Assembly (NCBI GenBank): GCA_043813875.1
Contig: JBDRKP010000081.1
Location: 1 to 12,005, forward strand
Direction of reading: 5' to 3'
DNA length: 12,005 bases
Source of the DNA: an archaeon
Lineage (GTDB): Archaea; EX4484-52; B79-G9
The notes under the pieces were generated by a model. The model did no database searches. It was not told where the DNA came from and worked only from the letters and a program-made list of their open reading frames with translations. Below are positions 1 through 7,270 of the stretch, one piece after another. Position numbers and translations under genes: made by a program. Each line of letters begins with the position of its first letter. The stretch's first letter is position 1.

Positions 1-81
1 AGAATATAACAGCATTATAAAGACACCAAAAAAATACAACACAAACAAAACACAATATAACCATAAAAAGGCACATGACAC

Positions 82-130
82 ATATCTAAATATATAAATA
101 CGCCGATATCTCGATATCTCAATATATAAA
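82..130 (+). promoter_or_regulatory. Tandem TATA-containing direct repeats upstream of ORF 186
   Basis: ATATCTAAATATATAAA (82-98) and ATATCTCAATATATAAA (114-130) match at 16/17 positions. Each contains TATATAAA (91-98, 123-130). CGATATCT occurs twice at 104-119. Confidence 0.45.
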
Positions 131-185
131 CAAACTCAAAGTATATATAGTACAAGACACATAAATTCTAACAGAGTGATATGAA

Positions 186-620
186 ATGATTGTAGGAATA
201 AATCTCGATTTTATAATGGCAAAAAAATACAACCAGCCTAAAGGCAACATAAGGATAGACAACAAGACCAAAATAACAGACGTAAAACAAATAGACGTAC
301 CATATTTCAAAGAAAAGGCGACAAAAATAGAATTCATGTTCCAGACAACATACAATGCAGAAAAAGAACCCATAGGCGAAATACAAATCGGCGGAAATGT
401 CATATACCGCGGCCAAAAAGAAAAGTTACACGAAACATGGCTGAATGAAAAAAAATTACCTGAAGACATCGCGCTCCACATCATGAACAACATCCTCAGA
501 AAATCAATAACAAGAGTGATAGACCTATCAGAGCAGCTTATGCTCCCACCACCGATAAACCTGCCACTGATCCACCCGAAGAAAGAAAAGAAAGAACAAA
601 ACATAGAGTACATAGGATAA
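186..620 (+). CDS. Conserved hypothetical protein, possibly SecB-like fold
   Basis: 144-aa ORF with plus-strand-typical A/C-ending codons. Beta-strand-like N-terminal two thirds (MIVGINLDFIMAKK...IEFMFQTTY...IQIGGNVIY), then a helix and an LPPPINLP tail. Resembles a family I associate with DPANN archaea; the SecB-like fold is inference. Confidence 0.7.
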   Translation: MIVGINLDFIMAKKYNQPKGNIRIDNKTKITDVKQIDVPYFKEKATKIEFMFQTTYNAEKEPIGEIQIGGNVIYRGQKEKLHETWLNEKKLPEDIALHIMNNILRKSITRVIDLSEQLMLPPPINLPLIHPKKEKKEQNIEYIG

Positions 621-657
621 TCATACAGGATGACAGATAATACCGGCAGAATATATA

Positions 658-671
658 GAAAACTATATAAA
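658..671 (+). promoter_or_regulatory. Putative BRE/TATA promoter for the wHTH gene at 728
   Basis: GAAAAC followed by TATATAAA (664-671) in the intergenic gap. Confidence 0.45.
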
Positions 672-727
672 CATCAAAAAACAACCATCATACTATAGAA
701 AACAAAATTTAAAATTAAAGACAGAGG

Positions 728-1039
728 ATGAGGCATATGAACCGCAAAAAATCAATATTAGACGATATCTTTCTTCATGACAAGCCGGTAAAGATACTTA
801 TCGGCCTCAAAGCAGACAACAGCAGAAGCTATGCATCCACGCTGGCAAAAACAGCTGACTGCACATATTCGCACACAGTAAAAATATTGGAATACTTCAA
901 AAAAATAGGCCTTGTAGCGTTCGAAAAAAAAGGCAGGGTAAAATACATAAAACTGACAAAACTAGGCGAAGACATAGCAAGTGATTTGGAAAACATATGT
1001 CGCAAATTCTCAAAAGTAGATTTAGCAGAAAAAAAATAA
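728..1039 (+). CDS. Winged helix-turn-helix DNA-binding protein (MarR/ArsR-like fold)
   Basis: YASTLAKTADCTYSHTVKILEYFKKIGLV HTH followed by the wing FEKKGRVKYIKLTKLG. Alternative start ATG at 737. Confidence 0.85.
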   Translation: MRHMNRKKSILDDIFLHDKPVKILIGLKADNSRSYASTLAKTADCTYSHTVKILEYFKKIGLVAFEKKGRVKYIKLTKLGEDIASDLENICRKFSKVDLAEKK

Positions 1040-1055
1040 AATAATCGCACTGAAA

Positions 1056-1469
1056 TCAATCAGAAGACCCAGCAACATCTTTAGGCGGAACATATTGCTC
1101 TTTCTTTGCCATGAAAGCATTTACCGAACCTACAATCGCTGAAAAGAATCTCTCACATCGATTAGAAAGCTTATAATAATCCCTGTCAATAACCTCAATA
1201 AGCCCAATCCCAAGCAACTTATTCACCATAGTATAATACGTAGTTCTCGAAATATTATGCGCTTCACAATACTTGTCCCAGTTTGACCTCTCAAAACGCC
1301 CCTGAGATCCTAAAGCCCTCAACTCCTTCAAAAAAGCCAGGGCATGATCCGGAAGATCAAGATTCTTCGGCCCATGATATAAAAGCTGCAGCAACAGTTC
1401 AAAATCAGCAGCCACTAATGGCTTTACAAGAATAGTTGTCTGATAGCGGGCAGATATCTTGCGTCCCAT
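1056..1469 (-). CDS. Hypothetical protein with winged helix-turn-helix motif
   Basis: WDKYCEAHNISRTTYYTMVNKLLGIGLIEVIDRDYYKLS is an HTH-plus-wing pattern. Start moved to the ATG at 1469 (MGRKISAR), which lies ~25 nt downstream of a minus-strand TTTATA (1492-1497). Confidence 0.75.
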   Translation of the reverse strand: MGRKISARYQTTILVKPLVAADFELLLQLLYHGPKNLDLPDHALAFLKELRALGSQGRFERSNWDKYCEAHNISRTTYYTMVNKLLGIGLIEVIDRDYYKLSNRCERFFSAIVGSVNAFMAKKEQYVPPKDVAGSSD

Positions 1470-1491
1470 ATAATCAATAAAGACATACAAC

Positions 1492-1497
1492 TATAAA
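1492..1497 (-). promoter_or_regulatory. Putative TATA box for the leaderless minus-strand wHTH gene
   Basis: TTTATA on the minus strand, 23-28 nt upstream of ATG 1469. Confidence 0.45.
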
Positions 1498-1499
1498 TA

Positions 1500-3118
1500 C
1501 CTGCGCACTGATAACAAAATCGATACGCTTCAACCCAATAAAATGAAAATAAAACACAAATCAAAAAAAATGATACCGATGATTAAAAATGACAAAATAA
1601 AGAAAAAAACAGAATATTAAGAAAAATAAAGATAAAAAAACATATAAAATAGATAAATATGAACAAAAAAGACATATTTCAATAAAAGAAGACATTATAA
1701 GTGCCAAATAAAATACAAAAACCATAAAAAAATGAATAAATAAATCAATATACAGACGACATAAATGGGAAAATAATACCGAAAAAATAAAAAAGAACAA
1801 AAAAATAAATAAGCACAACTTCCCAAATACACCCATATATCGGAAAATATTCCCAGAAAAAAACAGGGAAAAACTCAAAATATGGCCTCAAACCATATTC
1901 AAAAAACGATATGCTGCGAACAATCAAATCAACACTTCAACGGAGTGTGTTTTTTCTACAATAAAAACACCATTCAGATATATTCCAGAATAAAATAACC
2001 CATTCTATTATTTTCAGGCATATTTGGCATAGAATCAAGAGTATACATTGACAGAAATGCATATTCACATACTATCTAAAACAAAGTTGTTGACAGGATC
2101 GCCCAGGAAAACAAGATATTCCAGTAGATATATGAATAGACAAAATCCAGGAAAACCCCCAATCTCAAGCAAAGTATATACCCCCATAGAAGATAATAGG
2201 GCAAAAACCTCATTGAAAAAAACATAAAAACATAGAGAGATTTTACCAGGAGCTTAAAATAATGCCAGCAAAAAGAAAACAAAACAAAATATATATGACC
2301 CAAAAAACAGCACCAAACCGCACCGGATCGGTCTGCAACCCAAAGACACACCCCTCTGATTCCAGTAAAAGAACCAAAAAGCGAATTTGAAATTTTGTGA
2401 GAGTTAAGATATTTACACACCATAAATCAGGCCATTTTTCTTCCAAAAAGAAGCCAAAAAATTGCTTCTTTCAGCCAAAATCCAATATTTTGCCCTAAAT
2501 CAGCCAAGTAATCTATATACTCCAGACAAGAAAACCCATAAAAAATAGATTAGATAATCAGCACAGGACACAGAATCAGCAGCAAAATAAATATCATGAG
2601 ACTGTATCGCACAGAAATCTGCAAGACAGGTACACACAATGAAGGCAGATATGATATAACCAGCATGATAAATGGGAAAAATTACCTGAAAAACAGGATA
2701 ATTGGGAAGAAACGACCAATAAAATAAATGGGAAACGTAGACCAGAAATAAATAGAATACTTAAATATACATATAATACTAAATACTACAGATTGTATCT
2801 TGACATAACAAAATAATATAATAAGAATATAAAACAATAAAAACACATAAATACAATAATATAGTAATACCTCAAGATAAAACCATGCCAACATATATCC
2901 AAACATAAAAATGTGAGACCACATAAAAATATATATTCGAAAATATATTACACAAACCAACAATTGAAAAGTGATTCCGTCAAAATAAAAACGACAACAA
3001 GTGAACACAAAAACAAAAACATACAAATAACACCCAAAATTTATCCGAAAAAAATGAGATAGATAGAAGTTTAAACTTCAAACATATAAAGGAGTTATAA
3101 TAAAGTCATATAATATAG
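1500..3118. other. Long AT-rich non-coding region with motif clusters and short inverted repeats
   Basis: No credible ORF. A-rich flanks at ~1540-1810 and ~2745-3050. Repeated ATAAATGGGAAA, CCAG-A-run and AATCAG motifs. Inverted repeats at 1947-1970 and 2447-2471. Confidence 0.7.
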
Positions 3119-3148
3119 TTGACCAAGACAAAAATAAAACATAAAAAA

Positions 3149-3688
3149 GTGAATTCATTGAACGAAATAATTCTATGGATAATCCAGGCGCTCTGGTTCA
3201 TCCTGCCCGCATACATCGCAAATCCGACACCAGTAATAGTCGGCGGCAAGACCCCGCTCGACTTCAACAGGAAATTCTTCGACAACAACCCCATATTCGG
3301 CAAAGGAAAGACATGGCGCGGCACGTTTTTCGGCATCCTCGCAGGAACCGCAGCAGCATACATCCAGATACAAATCCAGTCAAGCTACGACCTTGGCGCA
3401 TTCAGCCTCACAGAAATGACCCTGCCCCTCGGCTTCCTCCTGTCATCAGGCGCAATAATCGGCGACATAACAAAAAGCTTCCTGAAAAGGCGCATCAACA
3501 TAAAACGAGGCAGCGAACTGCCGCTCTTCGACCAGCTGGACTTCATAATAGGCGCCCTCATCTTCGCATCATTCGTCACAGAAATAACCCTAAGAACAAT
3601 AATCATCCTGGTAATCATCACCCCCGTAATCCACCGCCTCGCAAATATCCTCGCATACAGGCTGAAACTCAAAAATGTTCCATGGTAA
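3149..3688 (+). CDS. carS: CDP-2,3-bis-(O-geranylgeranyl)-sn-glycerol synthase (CDP-archaeol synthase)
   Basis: Family motifs LPAYIANPTPV..GG..PLD, FGKGKTWRG, GDITKSFLKRRINIKRG, PLFDQLDF and a C-terminal KLKNVPW. Start uncertain: GTG 3149, or TTG 3119/3158. Confidence 0.95.
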   Translation: MNSLNEIILWIIQALWFILPAYIANPTPVIVGGKTPLDFNRKFFDNNPIFGKGKTWRGTFFGILAGTAAAYIQIQIQSSYDLGAFSLTEMTLPLGFLLSSGAIIGDITKSFLKRRINIKRGSELPLFDQLDFIIGALIFASFVTEITLRTIIILVIITPVIHRLANILAYRLKLKNVPW

Positions 3689-3785
3689 TGTGAGAGTTAA
3701 CCAGGAAAACACCTCAAATTATACAGATCTCAAGGCATCCGATGCCCGGCCCATAAATCACCAAGCTAGACAACCAAGTGACAAC

Positions 3786-4343
3786 ATGACCAACATACTC
3801 AACACCATCCAAAAGAGAATGCAGGCACTGATAAAAAAAATACCCCCGGAACTATCACTCAGCCTATCCATTCTGTTCTCGATGCTGTCAGGATACCTTT
3901 ACCTGATCGACAACATGATCGCCGCAGCACTAACGCTGTCCCTGAGCAGCTACTTCGCCACCCATGCAAAAGACAATACAGCAGGACAACAAAAACCAAT
4001 CAGACCGCAATCAAAACAGGTAACAGACCGCATCAGGGACGCATTCATATTCACAGGCATCACCTTAAACCCAAATATACCGCTAAACATAGGCCTCATC
4101 ACCATGGCAGCAGTGATATTCGTTCCGCATCTGATATCCCTGAGGCAAACCCTCTCAAAACAAAAGATTGACCCAAAAATATCACGCGCCGACATAGACA
4201 TGATACTGATAACATCAACCATGATCGCAACATTCATCAGGCCCGCACTCTGCTACTCGCTCCTCCTCATAACAGCGCTATGCATCGGGTCATTCATAGA
4301 GATGCAATTCAGGACCTACAAAGACAGGTCAAAAAGAAAATAG
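3786..4343 (+). CDS. Degenerate CDP-alcohol phosphatidyltransferase-family membrane protein (catalytic motif largely lost)
   Basis: 185 aa from ATG 3786, with ~6 hydrophobic segments. DRIRDA and ISRAD.. segments sit where archaeal CDP-alcohol phosphotransferases have DRxxD and xxRxER. The DxxDGxxAR segment reads FATHAKDNTA. Confidence 0.6.
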   Translation: MTNILNTIQKRMQALIKKIPPELSLSLSILFSMLSGYLYLIDNMIAAALTLSLSSYFATHAKDNTAGQQKPIRPQSKQVTDRIRDAFIFTGITLNPNIPLNIGLITMAAVIFVPHLISLRQTLSKQKIDPKISRADIDMILITSTMIATFIRPALCYSLLLITALCIGSFIEMQFRTYKDRSKRK

Positions 4344-4354
4344 ACAACATACAA

Positions 4355-5428
4355 TCACTTCCCAGTCGGACCATCAAAAACAAACTTATCCTTGTTCGCC
4401 TGCATGATCTTCACCAAAGACAGCATCACAGGCACCTCGACCAGCACACCTACAACCGTAGCGAGCGCAGCCCCCGAATTCATGCCGAACAGTATAAGCG
4501 CGACAGCAACCGACAGCTCAAAAAAATTGCTTGCCCCGATAAACGCCGATGGCGCAGCCTCCCTGAACGGTATCTTCATCCTCTTCGCCCCGAAATAGCC
4601 AAGAAAAAAGATAAGATAAGTCTGAAGCACAAGCGGCACAGCGATCAAGATGATATGGAACGGATAATTGATGATCTTATCCCCCTGGAAAACAAAGATC
4701 AGCACAAGCGTGACCAACAGACCGAAAGGCGTAACCCATTCCATTCGCCCGACAAACCTCTCATCAAACCACTTCACACCCTTGCTCTTCACCAGAAGAT
4801 ATCTGGTAGCCGCCGCCAGACTCAAAGGCACCGCCACATAGAACAACACAGAATAAAACAGCGTAGCGAACGGGACAGGAAAATCAGTCGTAAGCCCGAG
4901 AAGAAACTTGCCGAGCGGCGCAAACAGCACAAGGATGATGAGATCATTGACCGAAACCTGCACCAGCGCATAATTGACATTCGCCCGTGCAAGATGCGTC
5001 CACACAAGAACCATCGCAGTACATGGTGCAATCCCAAGAAGGATCATGCCGGCAATATACTCCTTCTGCAAATCAGCCGGCACAAGACCGGAAAACAGAA
5101 CCCCCATAAACAGCCATGCGATAAACGCCATCGTAAAAGGCTTGACAGCCCAGTTCAGGATAATCGTCAGACTGAGCGGCTTGTAATTGCTTTTTACATT
5201 CAGGACATCCTTAAAATCAATCTTCAGCATTATAGGATACATCATCACAAACAGCACAACAGCCACAGGAATAGAAACATTGGCGACCTCAAAACCACCC
5301 AACAGACGCGCGAATTCAGGCAGGAAATACCCTATAGCTGTCCCAAGCAGCATACTGATTGCGACCCACACCGGCAGGTATCTGCTAAAAAAATCAAGCC
5401 CAGTATCATCCACATCCTTAGAACTCAT
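4355..5428 (-). CDS. acr3: ACR3-family arsenite efflux transporter
   Basis: Motifs MMYPIMLKIDF, NWAVKPFTM, GIAPCTAMVLVW, GASNFFELSVAVA and GVLVEVPVML. Start placed at ATG 5428 (MSSKD), preceded by an SD-like GGTG. Confidence 0.96.
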   Translation of the reverse strand: MSSKDVDDTGLDFFSRYLPVWVAISMLLGTAIGYFLPEFARLLGGFEVANVSIPVAVVLFVMMYPIMLKIDFKDVLNVKSNYKPLSLTIILNWAVKPFTMAFIAWLFMGVLFSGLVPADLQKEYIAGMILLGIAPCTAMVLVWTHLARANVNYALVQVSVNDLIILVLFAPLGKFLLGLTTDFPVPFATLFYSVLFYVAVPLSLAAATRYLLVKSKGVKWFDERFVGRMEWVTPFGLLVTLVLIFVFQGDKIINYPFHIILIAVPLVLQTYLIFFLGYFGAKRMKIPFREAAPSAFIGASNFFELSVAVALILFGMNSGAALATVVGVLVEVPVMLSLVKIMQANKDKFVFDGPTGK

Positions 5429-5483
5429 GACACACCACCACATCAAAAATAACAAAATCACAAAAATTATAAAAGTCAGACGA

Positions 5484-5765
5484 CTAACAGCCCCTCACAA
5501 CATCCATTTTCTCTATACCCATCAATTTACACAGCCCAAAAACACGCGCATCCCGGATCTTATAGTACACGTTTCTCCCATCTCTCCTCGACTCCAGTAT
5601 TCCCGCCCGCTCAAGATCATTAAGATGCGCCGACACCGTTGGCTGCGCTCTTTCGGCAACAGGAACAAGCTTACAGGCGCACACTTCGCCACAAAGAAGG
5701 CACTGGATAATCCTTAGCTTCGTCTCATCCCCCAGCATCTTAAGGAATCTCGCTTTTTCCCTCAT
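5484..5765 (-). CDS. arsR: ArsR/SmtB-family metalloregulatory repressor
   Basis: FLKMLGDETKLRII, alpha3 CxC site GEVCACKL, QPTVSAHL and RRDGRNVYY. Directly upstream of acr3. Confidence 0.93.
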   Translation of the reverse strand: MREKARFLKMLGDETKLRIIQCLLCGEVCACKLVPVAERAQPTVSAHLNDLERAGILESRRDGRNVYYKIRDARVFGLCKLMGIEKMDVVRGC

Positions 5766-5770
5766 GGATA

Positions 5771-5797
5771 AAATATAGATCTATTCAAATATATAAA
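5771..5797 (-). promoter_or_regulatory. arsR promoter: TATA box plus palindromic candidate operator
   Basis: Minus-strand TTTATATA at 5790-5797, 25 nt before ATG 5765. Perfect palindrome ATAGATCTAT at 5775-5784, between the TATA box and the start. Confidence 0.6.
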
Positions 5798-5818
5798 TAT
5801 AACTCTGTCAAAACTCGC

Positions 5819-5855
5819 TCAAAAAACACGTCATACAAACATCAAAAAACACGTC
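5819..5855. repeat. 14-bp perfect direct repeat TCAAAAAACACGTC
   Basis: Copies at 5819-5832 and 5842-5855. The second copy is the last 14 nt of the PHP gene, including its stop codon. Both read as T6 tracts on the minus strand. Confidence 0.85.
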
Positions 5856-6492
5856 TTAACCGCTGCCAATACCAGCTCATGATAGACAAAAGAGGCGTCA
5901 GCCGGCAAACAATCTCAGTCCTGCCCTCGCGTATCTCAGAAAGGACCGAATCAGCATCCTTCCTGCAATCAACAACAGTATAAGAATTACCAATCTCACC
6001 CACAAGATGCGCATCACTAGACGCAGTCATAGGAATGCCTGCCCTCTTCGCCGCATCATAACCCATGCGATTGCTGAAATACGTCCTCGAATTGAACACC
6101 TCGACAGCATCAAAACCCGCAGTCCTTACCTCACCCCTCACACCGTTCGGATGGAATATGACCGAATATGGATGCGCTGCAACCGCAATGCCGCCAAGCT
6201 TATGAATCCTCCGCACAGTCTCGGCAGCAGGAAGGCCGCGCGGGACAACAGAAGTGATACCAAGCCCCAAAATATCACCATGCCTGGACTTCACCTCAAC
6301 CCCGGGAATCACTAAAAAATCCTCCTCCTTACCAGCCTTCAACGCCAAAGGAAGCGCATCAACACAATTATGATCAGTGATAGCGACCCCGGAAAGCCCG
6401 ACCGACTTGGCCCTCTGTATAATCTCAAGAATCTCCATGAACCCGTCAGGAGAATGCCTCGTATGCATATGCAGATCAAGCTTCATCTTCAT
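5842..6492 (-). CDS. PHP-domain metal-dependent phosphoesterase
   Basis: PHP metal-binding motifs DLHMHT..SPDG, AITDHN, GVEV, AAHP and SSDAH. Confidence 0.93.
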   Translation of the reverse strand: MKMKLDLHMHTRHSPDGFMEILEIIQRAKSVGLSGVAITDHNCVDALPLALKAGKEEDFLVIPGVEVKSRHGDILGLGITSVVPRGLPAAETVRRIHKLGGIAVAAHPYSVIFHPNGVRGEVRTAGFDAVEVFNSRTYFSNRMGYDAAKRAGIPMTASSDAHLVGEIGNSYTVVDCRKDADSVLSEIREGRTEIVCRLTPLLSIMSWYWQRLRRVF

Positions 6493-6520
6493 TAAAACAC
6501 CATATCAAAATATGACAATC

Positions 6521-6535
6521 ATAAATATATAAAAA
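6521..6535. promoter_or_regulatory. Putative shared/bidirectional TATA element between the divergent PHP and pgsA-like genes
   Basis: ATAAATATATAAAAA sits centrally in a 60-bp divergent gap and reads as a TATA box on both strands. Confidence 0.5.
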
Positions 6536-6552
6536 CAAGACCAATAAATAGC

Positions 6553-7152
6553 ATGGTCGACAAAAATGCCATCCCGTTCTTCAACATGGCAAACAGCACA
6601 TCCATAATCCGCATCCTGCTCCTCCCGCTATACACAACACTCATCATCTACGGCGACACGACCCAAAAAAAAGCAGCGATAATACTATGCATAGTCATCT
6701 TCCTCATGGACTACCTTGACGGCTGGATCGCAAAAAAGATGGACATAAAAACAAAAATCGGAAGCCACTTAGACGTCATTGCAGACAGGATCACAGAACT
6801 GTTCCTATGGCTGACATTCCTCTCATTCGGACTCGTCCCATTATGGGCGCCATTGATACTCCTCTCAAGAAGCATGATCACCGACCTCATACGTTCACAG
6901 GCCATCACAAAACAGATCGGCACCTACGACATGATCAAAAGCGATACAGGCAGATTCATAGTAAACTCCCGCACAATGAGAGGACTATACGGCGGCCTGA
7001 AGATGCTATTATTCACATTGCTGACAGCAAGCTTCACAACCCACACACAAGACATCCTCGCAATAACCCCCGCACTGATAGCGATAGTAGTCCTGATTGG
7101 CATAATAAGAGGCCTCCCGGTCATCCACGAAGGCATAAAATACCTCAAATAA
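6553..7152 (+). CDS. CDP-alcohol phosphatidyltransferase, PgsA-like
   Basis: Complete signature DYLDGWIAKK...IGSHLDVIADR. N-terminal ANSTSIIRILLLP resembles the PgsA N..T..R helix. Alternative start ATG 6586. Substrate not determinable from sequence. Confidence 0.9.
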   Translation: MVDKNAIPFFNMANSTSIIRILLLPLYTTLIIYGDTTQKKAAIILCIVIFLMDYLDGWIAKKMDIKTKIGSHLDVIADRITELFLWLTFLSFGLVPLWAPLILLSRSMITDLIRSQAITKQIGTYDMIKSDTGRFIVNSRTMRGLYGGLKMLLFTLLTASFTTHTQDILAITPALIAIVVLIGIIRGLPVIHEGIKYLK

Positions 7153-7270
7153 TGTGAGAACTGACAGATTCAAAACACAGGCATCCATCATCCACCAAAC
7201 CATTTAAAAAATCCTCACAACCATACAAGCATATATCCACCCATACCCAAAAACCATCCAAGTGACAGAC

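Noticed and set aside
2320..2336. GC-rich mini-hairpin ACCG-GAT-CGGT
   Set aside because: The 4-bp core stem is too short to distinguish from chance.
1561..3026. Minus-strand ORFs in the intergenic tract (1561-1878, 1745-1927, 2076-2423, 2243-2446, 2682-3026)
   Set aside because: Their Phe/Ile/Leu/Tyr-rich translations result from reading the T-rich strand; mostly non-ATG starts and no motifs.
1500..3118. CRISPR array, tRNA, rRNA or IS element in the long gap
   Set aside because: No regularly spaced 24-40-bp repeats, cloverleaf, GC-rich structured segment, transposase remnant or terminal inverted repeats were visible.
3675..3785. N-terminal extension of the 3675 ORF overlapping carS
   Set aside because: Polar, non-homologous sequence; family-like sequence begins at ATG 3786.
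4280..5452. 390-aa plus-strand ORF antisense to acr3
   Set aside because: Shadow frame of a well-supported membrane-protein gene; His/Arg/Gln-rich with no recognisable motifs.
5484..5486. TAG read-through (pyrrolysine-type) extending ArsR
   Set aside because: ArsR is already complete at 93 aa and the read-through peptide is uninformative.
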